This document shows positions 40,201-52,215 of a stretch of 64,000 bases of DNA, piece by piece (the stretch's first letter is position 1; every line of letters begins with the position of its first letter). This DNA is from Botryllus schlosseri. Its lineage: Eukaryota. Location of the stretch: positions 25,854,001-25,918,000 of the forward strand of contig CM119374.1 of the NCBI GenBank assembly GCA_051294905.1, read 5' to 3'. A program made the translations under genes and the position numbers. The notes beneath the pieces were generated by a model, which saw only the letters and a program-made list of their open reading frames with translations, did not search any database and was not told where the DNA came from.

Positions 40201-43200
40201 AGAATAAACCCATCTAATCAAATGATTTGTCATGATATCGAACTTTCGGTTTATATTTTAATCACTATTTACCTGTCAGGGCCAACAACGTGCGACAAAT
40301 CCACGTTGATATAATCGTAATAGAAATAGTGTCCGGATCAAACACGTCCCAACTCCAATTTATAGAGGAGACGTTTATCATTTATTTATTTTCCCTACAT
40401 ATGCGCCATAAAATTTAACCTATATCTTCATGACCTGAAATTTGTTGCTATTTATATTTATACTCACCTGGTATCCCTGATGATCCGGCACGTACCGTTT
40501 CTAATCGAAAGGGTGAATCGCGAAAGTGCGTGCTGAACTATACATCTCTCAAAATAGTCTGGTAATAACGTTGCAATCTACCGACCACATCCCTCGACTT
40601 TGATACGAACGTATGGTAATATCTGGAGACGCTATAGTATTTACCATCGGGCAGCCATAAATCTTGGTAATAACGGTACAAAAAGGTATTACTCTATCCG
40701 AGCGTGCTTATCTAGCAACGGTTCTCCGATGTGACACGTACATATAGGCTTATTTCGTGTTTGTGGTGCACAACGCATACACGGCGACTCTTGAACTTTC
40801 GTCGTGAGTATGCCGTGCCGTTTGAAGTACCCCTTTCACTTGTCGCAACGGAGCGTTTGTTTGGTTAGCGACAATGCGATTTCGATCTGTCTTCCAAAAG
40901 TCGGTTTTGCGGTACTTATGGCGGGCGAGGTGCTATTAGACATTAAACCAGAAAGCTACACAAATCATATCCCAACGGATAATTATGGATCACGTCCGTT
41001 ACGTAAGAAAAGTGTGATCACTCAGTAAGTATTGTAAATGCATACGTGATAAAGCCGGCAGGGCACACACTTACGGGCACATACCGATATTAAAAAGTAA
41101 ATCTTGAAACTGAGTTATTTCTACACTCGACGCTACCCACTTATACGGTATGTTTGCGAAGCTAGCTTGTTCAAATCAGATGATGCTAATTATAGTCTAC
41201 CCAGAAACAACGACTTGTGAGCTATATTTTGATGCGGTAAGACTATTGCTGCAACTTATTTCTCTCCATTCAGTGCGTATGTATCTTATTTACATCGCCT
41301 ACGCCCGGGTGGGTGTCTGATTTCGAAGACTACTGCAAGTCGTTTCTGGACTTCCCCATCTTTGCATTGCACCGCAGTCTTGTGGTATCGATTAAATTAA
41401 TAATAAACTGATACTGATGATAAATTAGGGTATCTTGATCTTCAAAACGATAACGAATTGTGTCAGACGACACCAAGTGACTTACCGAGATGTAATTTGG
41501 CGAAAATATTTGAAGTCGTGAGATCATTGGCCGATGGAGTGTAGTTGTTACCGATCGAGTCACTGAAGTAAAAGGTTTATGGTAAATATCGGACTTTCCA
41601 CGAATATGTTGAATATAGAAAATTGAGCAGTGTGACTCCTTATTCACCGACTGTGTGATGTATATAGGCTATCTGTCGATTAATACGATATATAAGATTG
41701 TTAATATACAATGTTCATTGCAATTCACTACTAGTTGCTGTCAATTACCCCTGATGAATGTCTGTCGGAAATGCTTCGGTTTATTTCACTATGAATATCA
41801 TATGCAATTGTACATATGAATTTGCTCGACACGCAAGTCCTAATTTTATCATCCAGTACACGAATTGGTACTGTATAGTCCGGAGGTTTTGAACACGCGT
41901 CGAGGTGTGTGCGGACAAGCAACTATTGAAATTCAGCGTAATACAGTGTAAAGGAAAATCAATACTTGGTATACTAACTTGAGTTACGATACCATAAACA
42001 CTCGTTATATTGAGTATCTATGTGTTGGTGGATTCAATGTGGTGATTCATGCGAGTATATTGCATCATAGTAAATACCCAGTACATAACGGGATTTTACA
42101 AGTCTTTTAATATTGGATTTGTGGAGAGCGTCTGTTTCGAAACATGCCATACTCAACAACGATTCGAAACTCTTATTGCGATGTGATGAAACTATATTTG
42201 GTGTTACGGATGTGGAGACAGGCATAATTGACACCGATTTTAGAGTTTAAGGGACGTAATGTATACGGTTTACTAGCTCAATGGATCTCAACCGCCTGTG
42301 CCACATCGTGTCAACTTTTGTGGTGGCCCGCAAAATATTTTATCTTAATTGTAAAATTCTGTAAGTTGGACACTTGTCCATTTATTAGTGAAATAAAGCA
42401 CCAAATTTTAAAATGATTTAGAAAATTGGAACTTGCTTTCTGCATCGTGTCGTAAGGAGTTCACGGTCTACTTGAACTTCGCGTACGTCACAATGCTTCA
42501 AATATTGTGTCACAATACTGCAAATGCTGTATAAAACTGTTTAATAGTAGAGCCTACAAGTCGTAAGACCAGTTATATGTGAAAACTAAGAAGGCTTTGT
42601 ACATAAAATTCTTTAAATTTACACAGTACAATTTAGCGCTATTTGGCAGTATAAAATTGGCTATAGCAAACAACGAGTCGAGTTTTCTTTTCAAAAGTTA
42701 CCTGACAATCAGAATTAGGTCAGTGTTTTTAAATTCGCCATGCACAAACTTCAATAGAATCAAGTACAAAACGTGTAATATCAAAAAAGGAAGCAGCGAA
42801 TTTCTCATTAAGTTGAAGTTTCAAAAATATGCTTTTGAGCTGCGTGTGTTTGTCGCAATTGTATTATTGGTTAATTTTGACTTTGAAAGATCCACCGGTA
42901 CGCTGGAGACAATTCTTAACTCTTTCATCCATATTGATAGAATTCGCTATCTAGCAATCTAGTACCACGTTAATCTGGTATCCATATAGACTTAAATGTA
43001 TACCTGACTCTGCGAAAGTGCTTCTCCTCCTTTGCTGGAGCTGCGCTCGTGCGAGTTCCGGTTTGAAGTATCTTCGGTCTGTCGCTATAGGCAGGCTGTT
43101 GATAAAGACCACAAAATTCGAAAAAGGATACTTTTGTTATATAGCGTTAGCTCTGGCGTCGTGTTTTATTTTTATAAAGTATTAGCACCAGGCCATAAAG

Positions 43201-43712
43201 AGAAATATGTTGTACTCGAGAATTTCTTTTTTAAATGTTTGTTTATCCTGTACTTGTTATACGTGAGGTAACTATATACGGTCATAATGGTGTAGAGCAG
43301 AGCTGCTGCAACCGAGATACAATAACATGAAACGAATAAATTAGACAAATCAGATAACTGCCCACTGCAAATGTTGCAGTAAGATTCTCAGTCGACAAGG
43401 TGCAAGTGCTATATATGTCTACCATTCATGGGTGACAATCGATTGCAAGCCGCATCCTGTATTTCCCGACTTACATGCCTTACGACAGTTAGCGTATATA
43501 CTTCGCAATAGAAAAAATGGGAATGAAGGAACGTAGATGCTAATTATTTCGACATCGATGCCATAGAAGAGGATCCTAAAAAAGCCAATGAAACACGCAT
43601 GTCTCACCTGCGTTGCGTCCAGTGGTGGCAGATGATTTACGATAGACGGTCGTTTTATGGCTCCTGGCACATCGTGCGGTTGACATCGCGGCAGTGACGC
43701 TGGACTCTGCAT
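34248..43712 (-). CDS. Tentative 5' exons of the same dynein gene, encoding a long low-complexity N-terminal extension
   Basis: Phase-consistent chain of canonical exons from an ATG: 43608-43712 (MQSPASLPRCQPHDVPGAIKRPSIVNHLPPLDATQ), 43004-43095, 40468-40532, 39682-39784 (EPEEQFYDRERLRDPIPRK), 38645-38859, 36883-36962, 35996-36218, 35438-35614, an exon running from the N gap to 34707 (PKTLLENM), and 34248-34594, which joins 32496 in phase 2. There is no recognisable homology, so the model rests on splice signals and open frames. The exons above 38.6 kb could instead belong to a separate small gene. Confidence 0.6.
34731..34880. other. Assembly gap (150 N)
   Basis: Run of N characters. Confidence 1.
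36280..36600. repeat. Degenerate (TTAGAA/TTAGA) tandem repeat tract in a dynein intron
   Basis: Repeated AATTAGATTAGAATTAGAA...TAGCTAC units of roughly 60-80 bp. Confidence 0.65.
37144..37157. promoter_or_regulatory. Candidate RFX X-box (ATTGCCATGGAAAT) at a possible internal dynein promoter
   Basis: 12/14 match to GTTGCCATGGAAAC. It lies about 180 bp upstream of exon 36883-36962, which has an in-frame ATG. A GTAGCAAC half site (~37070) and a CCAAT (~37199) are nearby in a CpG-richer stretch. RFX X-boxes are established in ciliary gene promoters. Confidence 0.45.
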
Positions 43713-44090
43713 TCTCTTTTTCAGACTCGCATGTTATCGTTACAATATATATTTACCATATCATAGGTTTCATTGTGTAGGTCAAGACACTAAAATACAA
43801 TAAAAATGAACCCAATAAATCCACTCCTCTGGAAAGTAATGAAGCTATCCCCGACCATGCGATATTTATAATAACCGGCCTTTGTTGGAGCTCCATATTC
43901 AAGGCACATTTCAGAGCATGTCGTTACACAAAGGCATATTACCAGCAAGCAGATAATACAGACACAACCACACTTGTAATCTAAATAAAACGGGCGATGT
44001 ACCGGGCTATCATTCGTCAGAATCAATTCTTTGGACTATGAAAGCCGGGTTCATTCATCTAATTCGGAATGGGGTCTTGATTCGTGATAC

Positions 44091-44681
44091 TATCGAAATT
44101 AAACATGGAACGGCAACGACCGATTTTTCAGCTTCGTTCCGCTTCGCTGAGGCTGGAGTGGAGAATTGTTTTGAGTAAGCGACTGTAGGATTTCTGACAA
44201 TCCAAGAGCTATCTTCCCGAGTGCAGAAATTATTGAATATGGTCTTGATCGAAAGCTACTGTTGCACCGATTCCAAAAAATATAAATTAAAATATGATCG
44301 GGCACTGATCCACCTGGAATCCGTCCTCCAAGTCTGGAATATCGGCATTGTTCGAACAATCGGAGAGTCGCAACGGGTCATTGTTATGGCCATTGTGTTG
44401 CGGTTACCCGATTGTTCTGAACAATGCCGATATTTCAGACTTGGAGGACGGATTCTAGGTGGATCAGTGCCTGATCATATTTTAATTTATATTTTTTGGA
44501 ATCGGTGCAACAGTAGCTTTCGATCAAGACCAGATTCAATAATTTCTGCACTCGGGATGATAGCTCTTGGATTGTCAGAAATCCTACAGTCGCTTACGCA
44601 AAACAATTCTTCATTCCAGCCTCAGCGAAGCGGGACGAAACTGCAAAATCGGTCGTTGCCGTTCCATGTTTAATTTCTATA
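44091..44681. mobile_element. Foldback / long inverted repeat element (arms ~275 bp, 44-nt spacer) flanked by the 7-bp direct repeat GTGATAC
   Basis: Arms 44089-44363 and 44408-44683 differ by 12 substitutions and 1 indel (~95%). GTGATAC occurs at 44084-44090 and 44682-44688. The structure is certain; mobile-element status is inferred. Confidence 0.8.
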
Positions 44682-44884
44682 GTGATACCGAACTCCACTG
44701 CTGTAAAGCGACCTGCGCACGGTTGTGTCACTTCATCACAACAAATGCACCGCGTGTACCTTCTACCTTGTAGCCTTCCTAAACCACCCAATTCTCTTTC
44801 GCTTGTGAGAGAATCAAGAGTTGAGAATGTTATGCAAGGTTGACTGTGACAAAGCCATACAAGTCCGGCAACGTGAGACTAAGT

Positions 44885-47505
44885 CAGTGGTTCCCAACCG
44901 GTGTGCCGCGGCACACTAGTGTGCCAATTGGACTGCTCAGGTGTGCCGCGAGCAAATGCGGCAAACTGGGTCGAATTATAACAAAAATCCAAATTTTGAG
45001 TGTGTCATTGTTGGATTTTCTATTGAATTTACTATATCAAGACACGCGATGTACAATCCGATGCAGTGAACAGGTACAAGGATGTCGCGACGGCCGTAGT
45101 AACGTTATCTCAATCAGGCGTCCCCATCAGGTCATGGATTGGGTCTTTTTCTGGCTTTTTATTGTAAAGACGTTCTGAGCACAGCAACGTATAGGGTCGG
45201 AGTCGTCGCGACGCTTCGTAACTTGCTACTTCACTGCCATGAATGAAACTGGGGCCTCCACCGTCAATGGGTGTGATACGCTAGTTTGCCGACATCTGGT
45301 GGCATTTAGGACGGTGATAGATAGATAACTAGACTCGGGCTATAGGACCGTGATGTTGAGGTGTGGCCGAAGGTGACCTTTAACTTGTCACCCCATCAGA
45401 ACCGGAGGCAGAACAGGGACGTGACGTAGTTGATGACCTTTTTCTGTTTCTATTTGTAGTCGTATTCTTGCCATGTCTTCGTTATCGATGATAATTTTAT
45501 ACCATGCCGATATAACATATTTTGATTCCTGAGATGCCAACTTATAGCACGGTCCACTTTTTGTAAGATACTGCTTTTGCAGATCCGAGGACGAGTAGGA
45601 TCCAATATAAACCTCCAACACCTAGGAAGGCATTCCCGCCATCGAGAAATGTATACTCATTTGGAAGTGATGTTCTCGTTTACAAATTAGAATTGCCGAC
45701 ATAGCCATTCACATTCCGATTGTTAGGTAGCGTGCCAGCATTGGAGGTAAAATGTAGGCTCAGGGCGCAACGAAATGTTGCAGGCGACAAATTTGAGAAT
45801 TGAGAAGTAGGGGTAGAGTGGGGCAGCGCGCCTACCCTAAGCGGGAAACGTCATAATATCCACCAAACTGGTCGAAACGGGTTGAATTTCGGAATTTGCG
45901 CTCGAGATATCATCCCCACTCTACCACAATCGTATGGAAAGTCCAAGTATCAATTATCATATGTAAAATTATCATTCATTTATGTCCACCAATTTGACGT
46001 TTTGTTTCAGAGGTGGGGCAAAACGCCTCCAATGGCTTTTACCCCATTATACCCTATTAAATATAGCATACCACTCAGTAATCGATAAATATTTAATCCC
46101 TATACATGCTTCTTCGCCCCATCATGGCGTACCGGATATTTTAAAAACAAATTTCACCCAGAAATGCCAACTGATTATGAAAGTCAAAAACAAGTCGGAA
46201 GTTATTGAGATATATCTTGTTTAGTCGGAGGAATAGCCTATATTACACAGCTGAATAGCAATTTTGATGGGAGTGACGTTCTCCGAGAAAGCATTCTTGA
46301 TGAACCCATAAACGACTACTCAGTCCACATTTACTGGACTTGAGGGGTGGGGCGTTTTACCCCACAGAGGGGGTAGGCGTTTTAGCCTCCAGGTCACCAT
46401 TGTTTGTGGATAAGCTACCAGGTGGTTTTTCTGTAAATTCACCTTCGGACTGTGGCTTAAATCCAGCTACGCGTAGTGAAAGCATAAATGGAACCGAAAA
46501 AGTCTCTGTGGCATCCGTTAAAAATGACATTTCACTTAATTGTAAAAGGCTATATTTTGGTAAGAATATGTGTAAAAGTCATAAAATCTCATAAAACATT
46601 ACAAATCTTCATCCAGGTGTGGAAATCAAAGTGACAGTTTCGTCTGACCATTAGGCGATATTTACGATACTGTGACGCATTCAATGCTCGTTTTGTTCTG
46701 TGATATTGATGGTGGGCGTCTTACCTCGCCTGGGCGTTTTACCCCACTCTATCAAATTATATCAGTTAACAAATTTCACCGGTCCTGAGGTTTATCATCC
46801 CAGTTTGTTGGAACTGCAATTGAACAGCAGCTGGCTGCCAGTAAGACTCTTGACTGAGGTATTGCTATCCTCACAGAAGCTATTACACGATCTGCATGGA
46901 AACGCGTTTGGCTTCAAAGTATAGACATAGACACCTCTATACGCGTCTGTATTTGTTAGTGACGATCGCGATTGGACTCTTCCATGCGACGGTTAATTAC
47001 ATCGACAACGAGGTAGTGGGCAGACTTTGTTGTCAAGCCAATCTTATGAAATTAACCTTCGCCTGAAGTTTGAACGAGATCTTAGCAGGCAAGTTATGTG
47101 GCAACAGAGGTAATGGTTGATAATTCAAAACCTCACACGGATTGAGAGAAAGTCCTTATTCCTGCCTGCAATAAAATTGTAAAAAAAGAAGAATTGAAAA
47201 CGATCCCCATGTCAAATTATATACCATTCGTAGACGTATTTGTGAAATGTCGGCAGAGATAAAAGAAAAGAAAACTTAATTTCTTCTTTGAAGCAGCGAA
47301 AAGCCTACTTGAGTACACCGAAAAGGCAGAATTACTTCGTCAGTGACCAGTGACCACCTATATAATATTGTCGTTGCTGCTATACGCATTCTGGTAGTTT
47401 GCTTTTGCCGTAACCAAAAGAGTTCAGAACCACTGTGCCAGTGTGCCGCGAACTCTTTTTCATTTTCAAAGTGTGTCGCGAGGTCAAAAAGGTTGGGAAC
47501 CACTG
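44885..47505 (+). mobile_element. Non-autonomous hAT (Charlie/Buster-type) element, 2621 bp, with nested inserts and a transposase remnant
   Basis: TIRs CAGTGGTTCCCAAC and GTTGGGAACCACTG; perfect 8-bp TSD GACTAAGT on both sides. At ~47125-47270 a decayed frame reads SKPHT*.EKVLIPACNKIVK ... ELKTIPMSN.TIRRRICEMSAEIKE, like Charlie/Buster transposases. Confidence 0.9.
45816..46749. mobile_element. pogo/Tc1-like MITE nested in the 2.6-kb hAT
   Basis: TA|GAGTGGGG ... CCCCACTC|TA ends, with subterminal GGGGC/TAAAACGCC-like repeats at ~46014, ~46350 and ~46735. Confidence 0.55.
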
Positions 47506-48149
47506 GACTAAGTAATCGCAGTTTCCTAAATACATCGATGAAAGTCAATCGGCAATATATTGTAATGGCTATCGCAACAATCAATCATCGACTTCAGCTT
47601 ATTTTCAAGAGCACTAAGGCGTAGCGTAATGTTTATATTCAAGGAATGAGGATTCGCCACTATATACGCTCCATGGTAGTGAATCGTTTCAGAAGTTCAC
47701 TAACGGTCGGCCTTTAGCGATGATCTTTGCCGATTCTTGATATCCCAGGAGAGGGCTTGCGATTTCAAGCCACAATATTTGCAGGTAATGCTCAGCTCAT
47801 CGCCGAATAAGCCATATATCGCATTATAGGGATCATATACCAATGGAGACACACAAGTTTAAAGATGCGACTGTACAATTCACGAACAATACAGTTGCTA
47901 ATGAAGGTGTGTTACCTGAAGAGAATTTACCTAGGCTCTTCCTGTTCATCTTATCGGCTGAAAGTGTCTTACAAAAGCCTAGAATTGGGCCGTGCTACAA
48001 GTCGGCAGCTACGGAATCAAAATGAACGAAATCAGCCTGATTTAATGTAAATTACCATTGTAGTCGACAAAACACCATGAATACCACACAAAACCTGAAG
48101 AGAATATGTCACTGCAATAATGTTGATCACAAAAACACACCCCTTCTAC

Positions 48150-49140
48150 AAATGTAATTATTTCGGCTAGTGTATTTAACACGGAAGCGCAGCTAATTTG
48201 GATGGGGAGCTTATTTCCATACAAATTCTCTGCGTAGGTAAAAATCTTCATACGCTGCACCATGCTCTTTGCACAATGAGACCAATTAATCACAAAATTA
48301 ATATTATAATCTCTCTATTTCTTTTGCACCCGCCAAATGTGCGTAGCTAAAGACTTTCATAACTCAAGGATATAAAATATAGCCATCAAAATGATGATCT
48401 GGCGGTATTGTGAAAACCGTATAAAGGTTTTCCGACTGTAACTTGTGAAGATACCAATGTCAATATGAAATAACTTTGTGATTCCGTGCAGCATTGTTCT
48501 GTCAATACATCTTTACTCCATATACTACCCATATTGAACCCAGGGTCCATCAACGATAAAGATCTACCGTACTTTTAAACTGTGCTACCCTATCAGAGAA
48601 GTCGATAGAAACTATTCAAATTGATACAATGACTAAATTCTCATCTGCAAACGGTACATTCGAACTCAAGACTGGAATGATTTAGAGAATGTCCAACACA
48701 GTTCCCAGCTAAGTGTGTATTCTAAGGTCGTAACGCCGACAAAAACACCATTTCTATCCAATAAATCTCTACTAATATTTGCTGAATCAGAACGCATTCA
48801 ACGGAAATCACAGTTGAAGCTCTCCGCTTATAGTATGTGCTGCGATAATGTACGTGAAGAACTACAATAAATTTTGACGAAATCCTACATAATGCGCTAG
48901 ATTTTGTTGGTTTAGGTAATGAATCGTCATCCTTTGTCTCTTTTACACATAAACTCAATTTCTGAGATACAATGGAGCGGAGCGTATTCCACAATGGCAT
49001 GTTTTCATCGTATATGTCACTAAAATCCATTTCAACTCTCCGCATTAATAAAAGACATTCAATATCTTTTGATACAGTCCCCTAAGAAAATATACTCTGA
49101 CAGGCGGTTGGTTCTCCACAATAGAATCCGCTCTCCCGTC
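48150..49140 (-). pseudogene. Highly decayed CR1/L2-like LINE reverse-transcriptase remnant
   Basis: Motif-like traces in the expected order on the minus strand, with stops and large deletions: FLGD (~49080), LGTVLDIL (~48700), PFADE (~48650), DIGI (~48445), WSH...VQR...YAENL (~48270). Motifs are short and judged by eye. Confidence 0.4.
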
Positions 49141-50449
49141 AATCGATAATTTTTAAGCGAAAACAACCCAAAACGTTTGTGACGCTGTTCCGACCCCACC
49201 CGCCATTGACAAACGAATTGGGAGCAAACGCGATACGATATTAAAACAAATAGAATATATCAAATGATGGTCATAAATAATGATGAGTATCAGGATTAGC
49301 GTCTACGCGTCAAACCGTCGTCGAAATTATTTACCAATTACCGTTGGCGTGTCACTTCCAATACCTTAAGCTTCAAAACTCTTGGGTACTTAGGATCTGG
49401 CAAATACCTATAGTCTACACGGCCGCGTTGCACAATACATTTTGCAGTTGTGGACATGTAATATGTATCGATCGAATAACAACCTGAACATGCGCAAATT
49501 TGTACATGACCGGAGATGTGTTACGAACACTCATTAACGAACACCAGTTATTTGTACAATACGATTAGTAATAACCGCTATAGTTTTTGTGAAAAAATAT
49601 GGAATCTTGTGTCTCCTTGAACAAACTTCGAAGTCGAAATACTTTCAATACTTCATAGTAGAAAGTAGTGTATTTAATATGCATATGGATTGATTAGTAT
49701 GATTTTTCTGGGCAAGTCATCTCCGCAGCACCCGGCAGCGTGGGCCTCTATATCTCTCTTGGACCAGAAAAATTTCCAAATGTTACCTATCGTATTGTAG
49801 AACGGTTGATCATCGTAAAGAACACCTATAGAGTGCATAGTAAGAATATATGCATTTAGAATATAGATTTTCAGATTTTCATGGGTTCTCTGTTATATAT
49901 TTGAATACATTTCGGGTTTCGGGTTGGAATGCTGGGAGGCCCCAAATCTTTCGGGAATCCAGTTCAAATTCACCACTACTCCCATCATTTCGAAGAAGCA
50001 CTGTTGTCTATTTTTACCTTGGGTGTAGTTGCATTGCAAATATTTGTCACGGCTCACATATCTTGCTTTCATCTGCTCGTTTTTTTCGAACTTCGTTGAT
50101 ACATATATAATAGAAATATTTTGGGTATGTGGAGCTTCTTTTATAATGGACAATATTGTGGTCAATATCTATTATAATAAACATTTCCAAACGTTAGCAC
50201 TAATGCCAATGTCTATAGAGACCCCGGCGTCTGTCTCGCGTCTGCGCGTCTATGTCAAATACACGTTCTTTAACGTCACAGTACTCGAATGGATTATACC
50301 TTATGTCAGGATTTATTGACTAAGTCAACTTGGCCGACCGGCGTTTTGAATGGGGTGCAGAAAATTCGTGTTGGAACAGGTTGACCTAGGGAGGAAACAA
50401 TTGGATACATCATTTTGAACATGAAAGGTTGGGCGGACAATATTGCTGG

Positions 50450-50700
50450 GGGTCAATAGATCAGTTTGAAGGCTGGCCGTTTTGCAGTCATTTAGCTCTA
50501 CGATCGCAAGGGAGATTCTCCGAATACTATATTATATTAAAGTCTCCCTCATAGACGTCTTCCCTTCCAATTCCAATACTACTATCTGCTATTGTCGATG
50601 CCCAATATACTTCTGAAGGCTTTCAAGTGAATAGTAGTTTGTGTTAAATCGATTTCTGTCATTACATGAGCGCAATTTCACCAGATTCGCTAAAAATGTA
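50450..50700 (-). pseudogene. Possible RTE-like LINE fragment
   Basis: HLKAFRSILGI resembles the RTE C-terminal FH.RCLR.ILGI motif; single short motif. Confidence 0.3.
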
Positions 50701-52064
50701 CACCGGCAGATTACATCATATCTTATGCATGGTGTGTGTACGTACGTCGTACATATGAGCATGCGACAATTGAGTATGTGGGTTAAATGTAGGGTTACGG
50801 TTGCCTAATGACTAGGGTTGGATTTGGCGTTCGAGTTTTAGGTATTTGGGTGTTACAAACCATACGCTCTAATTGTCGCTGCTCATATATCGCTTATCAT
50901 TGCGTCGTATTAATAAATTTCGAGAAACCCTATATCTATATCTATACCTCGCCTTTCTTGCCAAAGGCACCGCATGCTACTGATTGCTAGCTCCGTGTTA
51001 CGCAATCATTTCGCTCTATCAGCGTCATGATGGTGATTAATTGGACCTCCATCGTCAAATGATACACGGAACAAACCGTTGGGCAGATATTTGTATTTCG
51101 GCTACATCCAACGGTTTGTTTTCTTAATCGGAGATGTACTTTAAGCAATCTGTTGTCCACACAATCCGCTGTGGGTATAATTCAACGGTTTACGAATCGG
51201 GGACGTGACCTCTCTTTGTAGTGATGGTTTCCCTTTCACATGCTGTCTCGAAGTTACAGGAAGAATATGTGTGGTAACGTAGGAGACTTGCTGTTTTAGG
51301 GACAATGGATTTTCTGCTATCTTCCCGGAGTACATTTGACTTCAGATTTTTGCCGACGAAACGCCGTAATTTCAAAGTCTCCGATTATTAGCAAATATTA
51401 TCTTTTGCCGCGTGAAGAACAATGGGGAGGAAGTCCATCGTTAAAAAGGATCGGAAGCGTCAAAGATCGATAGAATCATTTTTAAATGTAAAAACGGTTA
51501 TCCACACATTGCGTAAAAGAAATTGTGTGTAATGACACGACATGAAACAATAAGTCATTTGTGGGATGGTTTTCCAAAGCTGGGTGGGCCTGCCTGAGTG
51601 TGAGCATGACAAGCTGAGTACCCACATCAATCCGTAGTCAAACTTATCGGAAGTATGATATGATTTTAAGACACAATTCCAATATGGTGTGGTTTCAGGC
51701 ACTGCTGACAAATATAACGACCATCGGTTTGCACAAAAATGGTCATTGGTCGAAGTAGGGATCGCTGCAAAGAATGAGTAACACCTGATATTTTCACTTG
51801 ATTGTGAGTAGAAGTAGCGATTTTGGACACATTTCAAAACTTCTTCAAGTAGCAGTAGAACATGATGACGTGAAACGTGCTAAAATGAATAATCACACCG
51901 CGCATTTGAATTGGGTGAATCTGAGACCCTAGCATCGGCCCTAGCAAAATTTGTTTATAAAGTACATTAGAATTTGGCGACATTTGCAGAAATAATTTGA
52001 TATCAATGCATAGCGTGTGAGTAGCAAAGCTATGCACGTAGGGTGGACCCACGTAAAATTGAGA

Positions 52065-52215
52065 TATTCAGTTCAGTTCAGTTTATTAACAATTTCATCA
52101 GATCAATACACCGCAAGATTGCGATACAATGAAAAGAAAGCAAGGTGTCGAAACGACTTGGAGTATATTCTTTGAAATCAGACACTCACATGGACCTATA
52201 GGCGATATAAACTGA
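52065..52215 (-). mobile_element. LINE/SINE 3' end with a (TGAAC)n tail; second copy at ~19725-19860
   Basis: Both copies share ATTGCGATACAATGAA..GGTGTCGAAACGACTTGG..AATCAGACAC. On the minus strand they end AATAAAC followed by TGAAC or CGAGC repeats. Confidence 0.55.

Noticed and set aside
41296-41371. Exon-like open stretch (TAVQCKDGEVQKRL... on the minus strand; EDYCKSFLDFP on the plus strand)
   Set aside because: Its phases are incompatible with the neighbouring dynein exons, the splice sites are weak and I recognise no homology.
42579-42962. 127-aa plus-strand ORF
   Set aside because: AT-rich intronic sequence with a non-ATG start and F/K/N/I-biased composition typical of non-coding DNA.
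44221-44673. 150-aa plus-strand ORF and mirrored 86-aa minus-strand ORF
   Set aside because: Both are by-products of the inverted repeat; they start at non-ATG codons and show no recognisable domain.
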